From an uncultured Candidatus Nitrosotenuis sp. (GTDB lineage Archaea > Thermoproteota > Nitrososphaeria > Nitrososphaerales > Nitrosopumilaceae): DNA of 32,000 nt. The notes beneath the pieces were generated by a model, which saw only the letters and a program-made list of their open reading frames with translations, was not told the DNA's origin and ran no database searches. Position 1 is the first letter of the stretch. Each line of letters begins with the position of its first letter. The stretch lies in NCBI GenBank assembly GCA_964449865.1, contig CAYVBR010000015.1, positions 203,341 through 235,340 of the forward strand. Direction: 5' to 3'. Below, piece after piece: positions 31,956-32,000 of the stretch. Both the position numbers and the translations under genes were made by a program.

Positions 31956-32000
31956 AAAGTTGTTTTTAGTCTGATCTTGGAAATTACGCTGCAGCCTTTA

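Overview
The window looks like a compact, mostly core chromosomal segment of an ammonia-oxidising thaumarchaeon (Nitrosopumilales-like). That assignment is inferred from gene content: archaeal-type ribosomal proteins S4e, S14 (Zn type) and L24, RNase P Rpp29 inside the r-protein operon, proteasome alpha, and an ESCRT-III/CdvB division protein. Order along the window: purS, an antisense CBS-pair gene, purQ-purL-purF with a coupled stand-alone RAM-domain gene, small membrane or secreted proteins, a secreted sorbosone/glucose-dehydrogenase-like beta-propeller, purC, an ArsR-type regulator, DUF371, psmA, a DUF171 SPOUT methyltransferase, a 16-gene r-protein operon (L3 to L6, with no L2 gene at its usual position), and tRNA-Asn. 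Next comes a ~3 kb less conserved stretch holding a Zn-ribbon protein, a 4-TM protein, a Nudix hydrolase and two tandem paralogous small secreted Cys peptides. The window ends with a coiled-coil protein, cdvB, a split DipZ-like CcdA plus thioredoxin pair, and the biotin cluster (bioF-bioB-bioA diverging from bioD). No CRISPR array, transposase, integrase or recognisable defence genes are visible. The most unusual signals are non-coding. A 22-bp perfect palindrome, TTTCTAAATTCGAATTTAGAAA, recurs only in the intergenic DNA between tRNA-Asn and the two small secreted-peptide genes, and one variant copy carries a compensatory centre change. Other signals are an unexplained 447-bp gene-free region with internal repeats, phased direct repeats upstream of the ArsR gene that overlap its start codon, an inverted repeat upstream of cdvB, and a direct 9-mer repeat in the divergent bioA/bioD promoter. 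Start codons sit about 29 nt downstream of TTAATTAA-like TATA elements, which suggests leaderless transcripts, often with GTG or TTG starts. All functional calls rest on motif and family recognition by eye; no searches were run.
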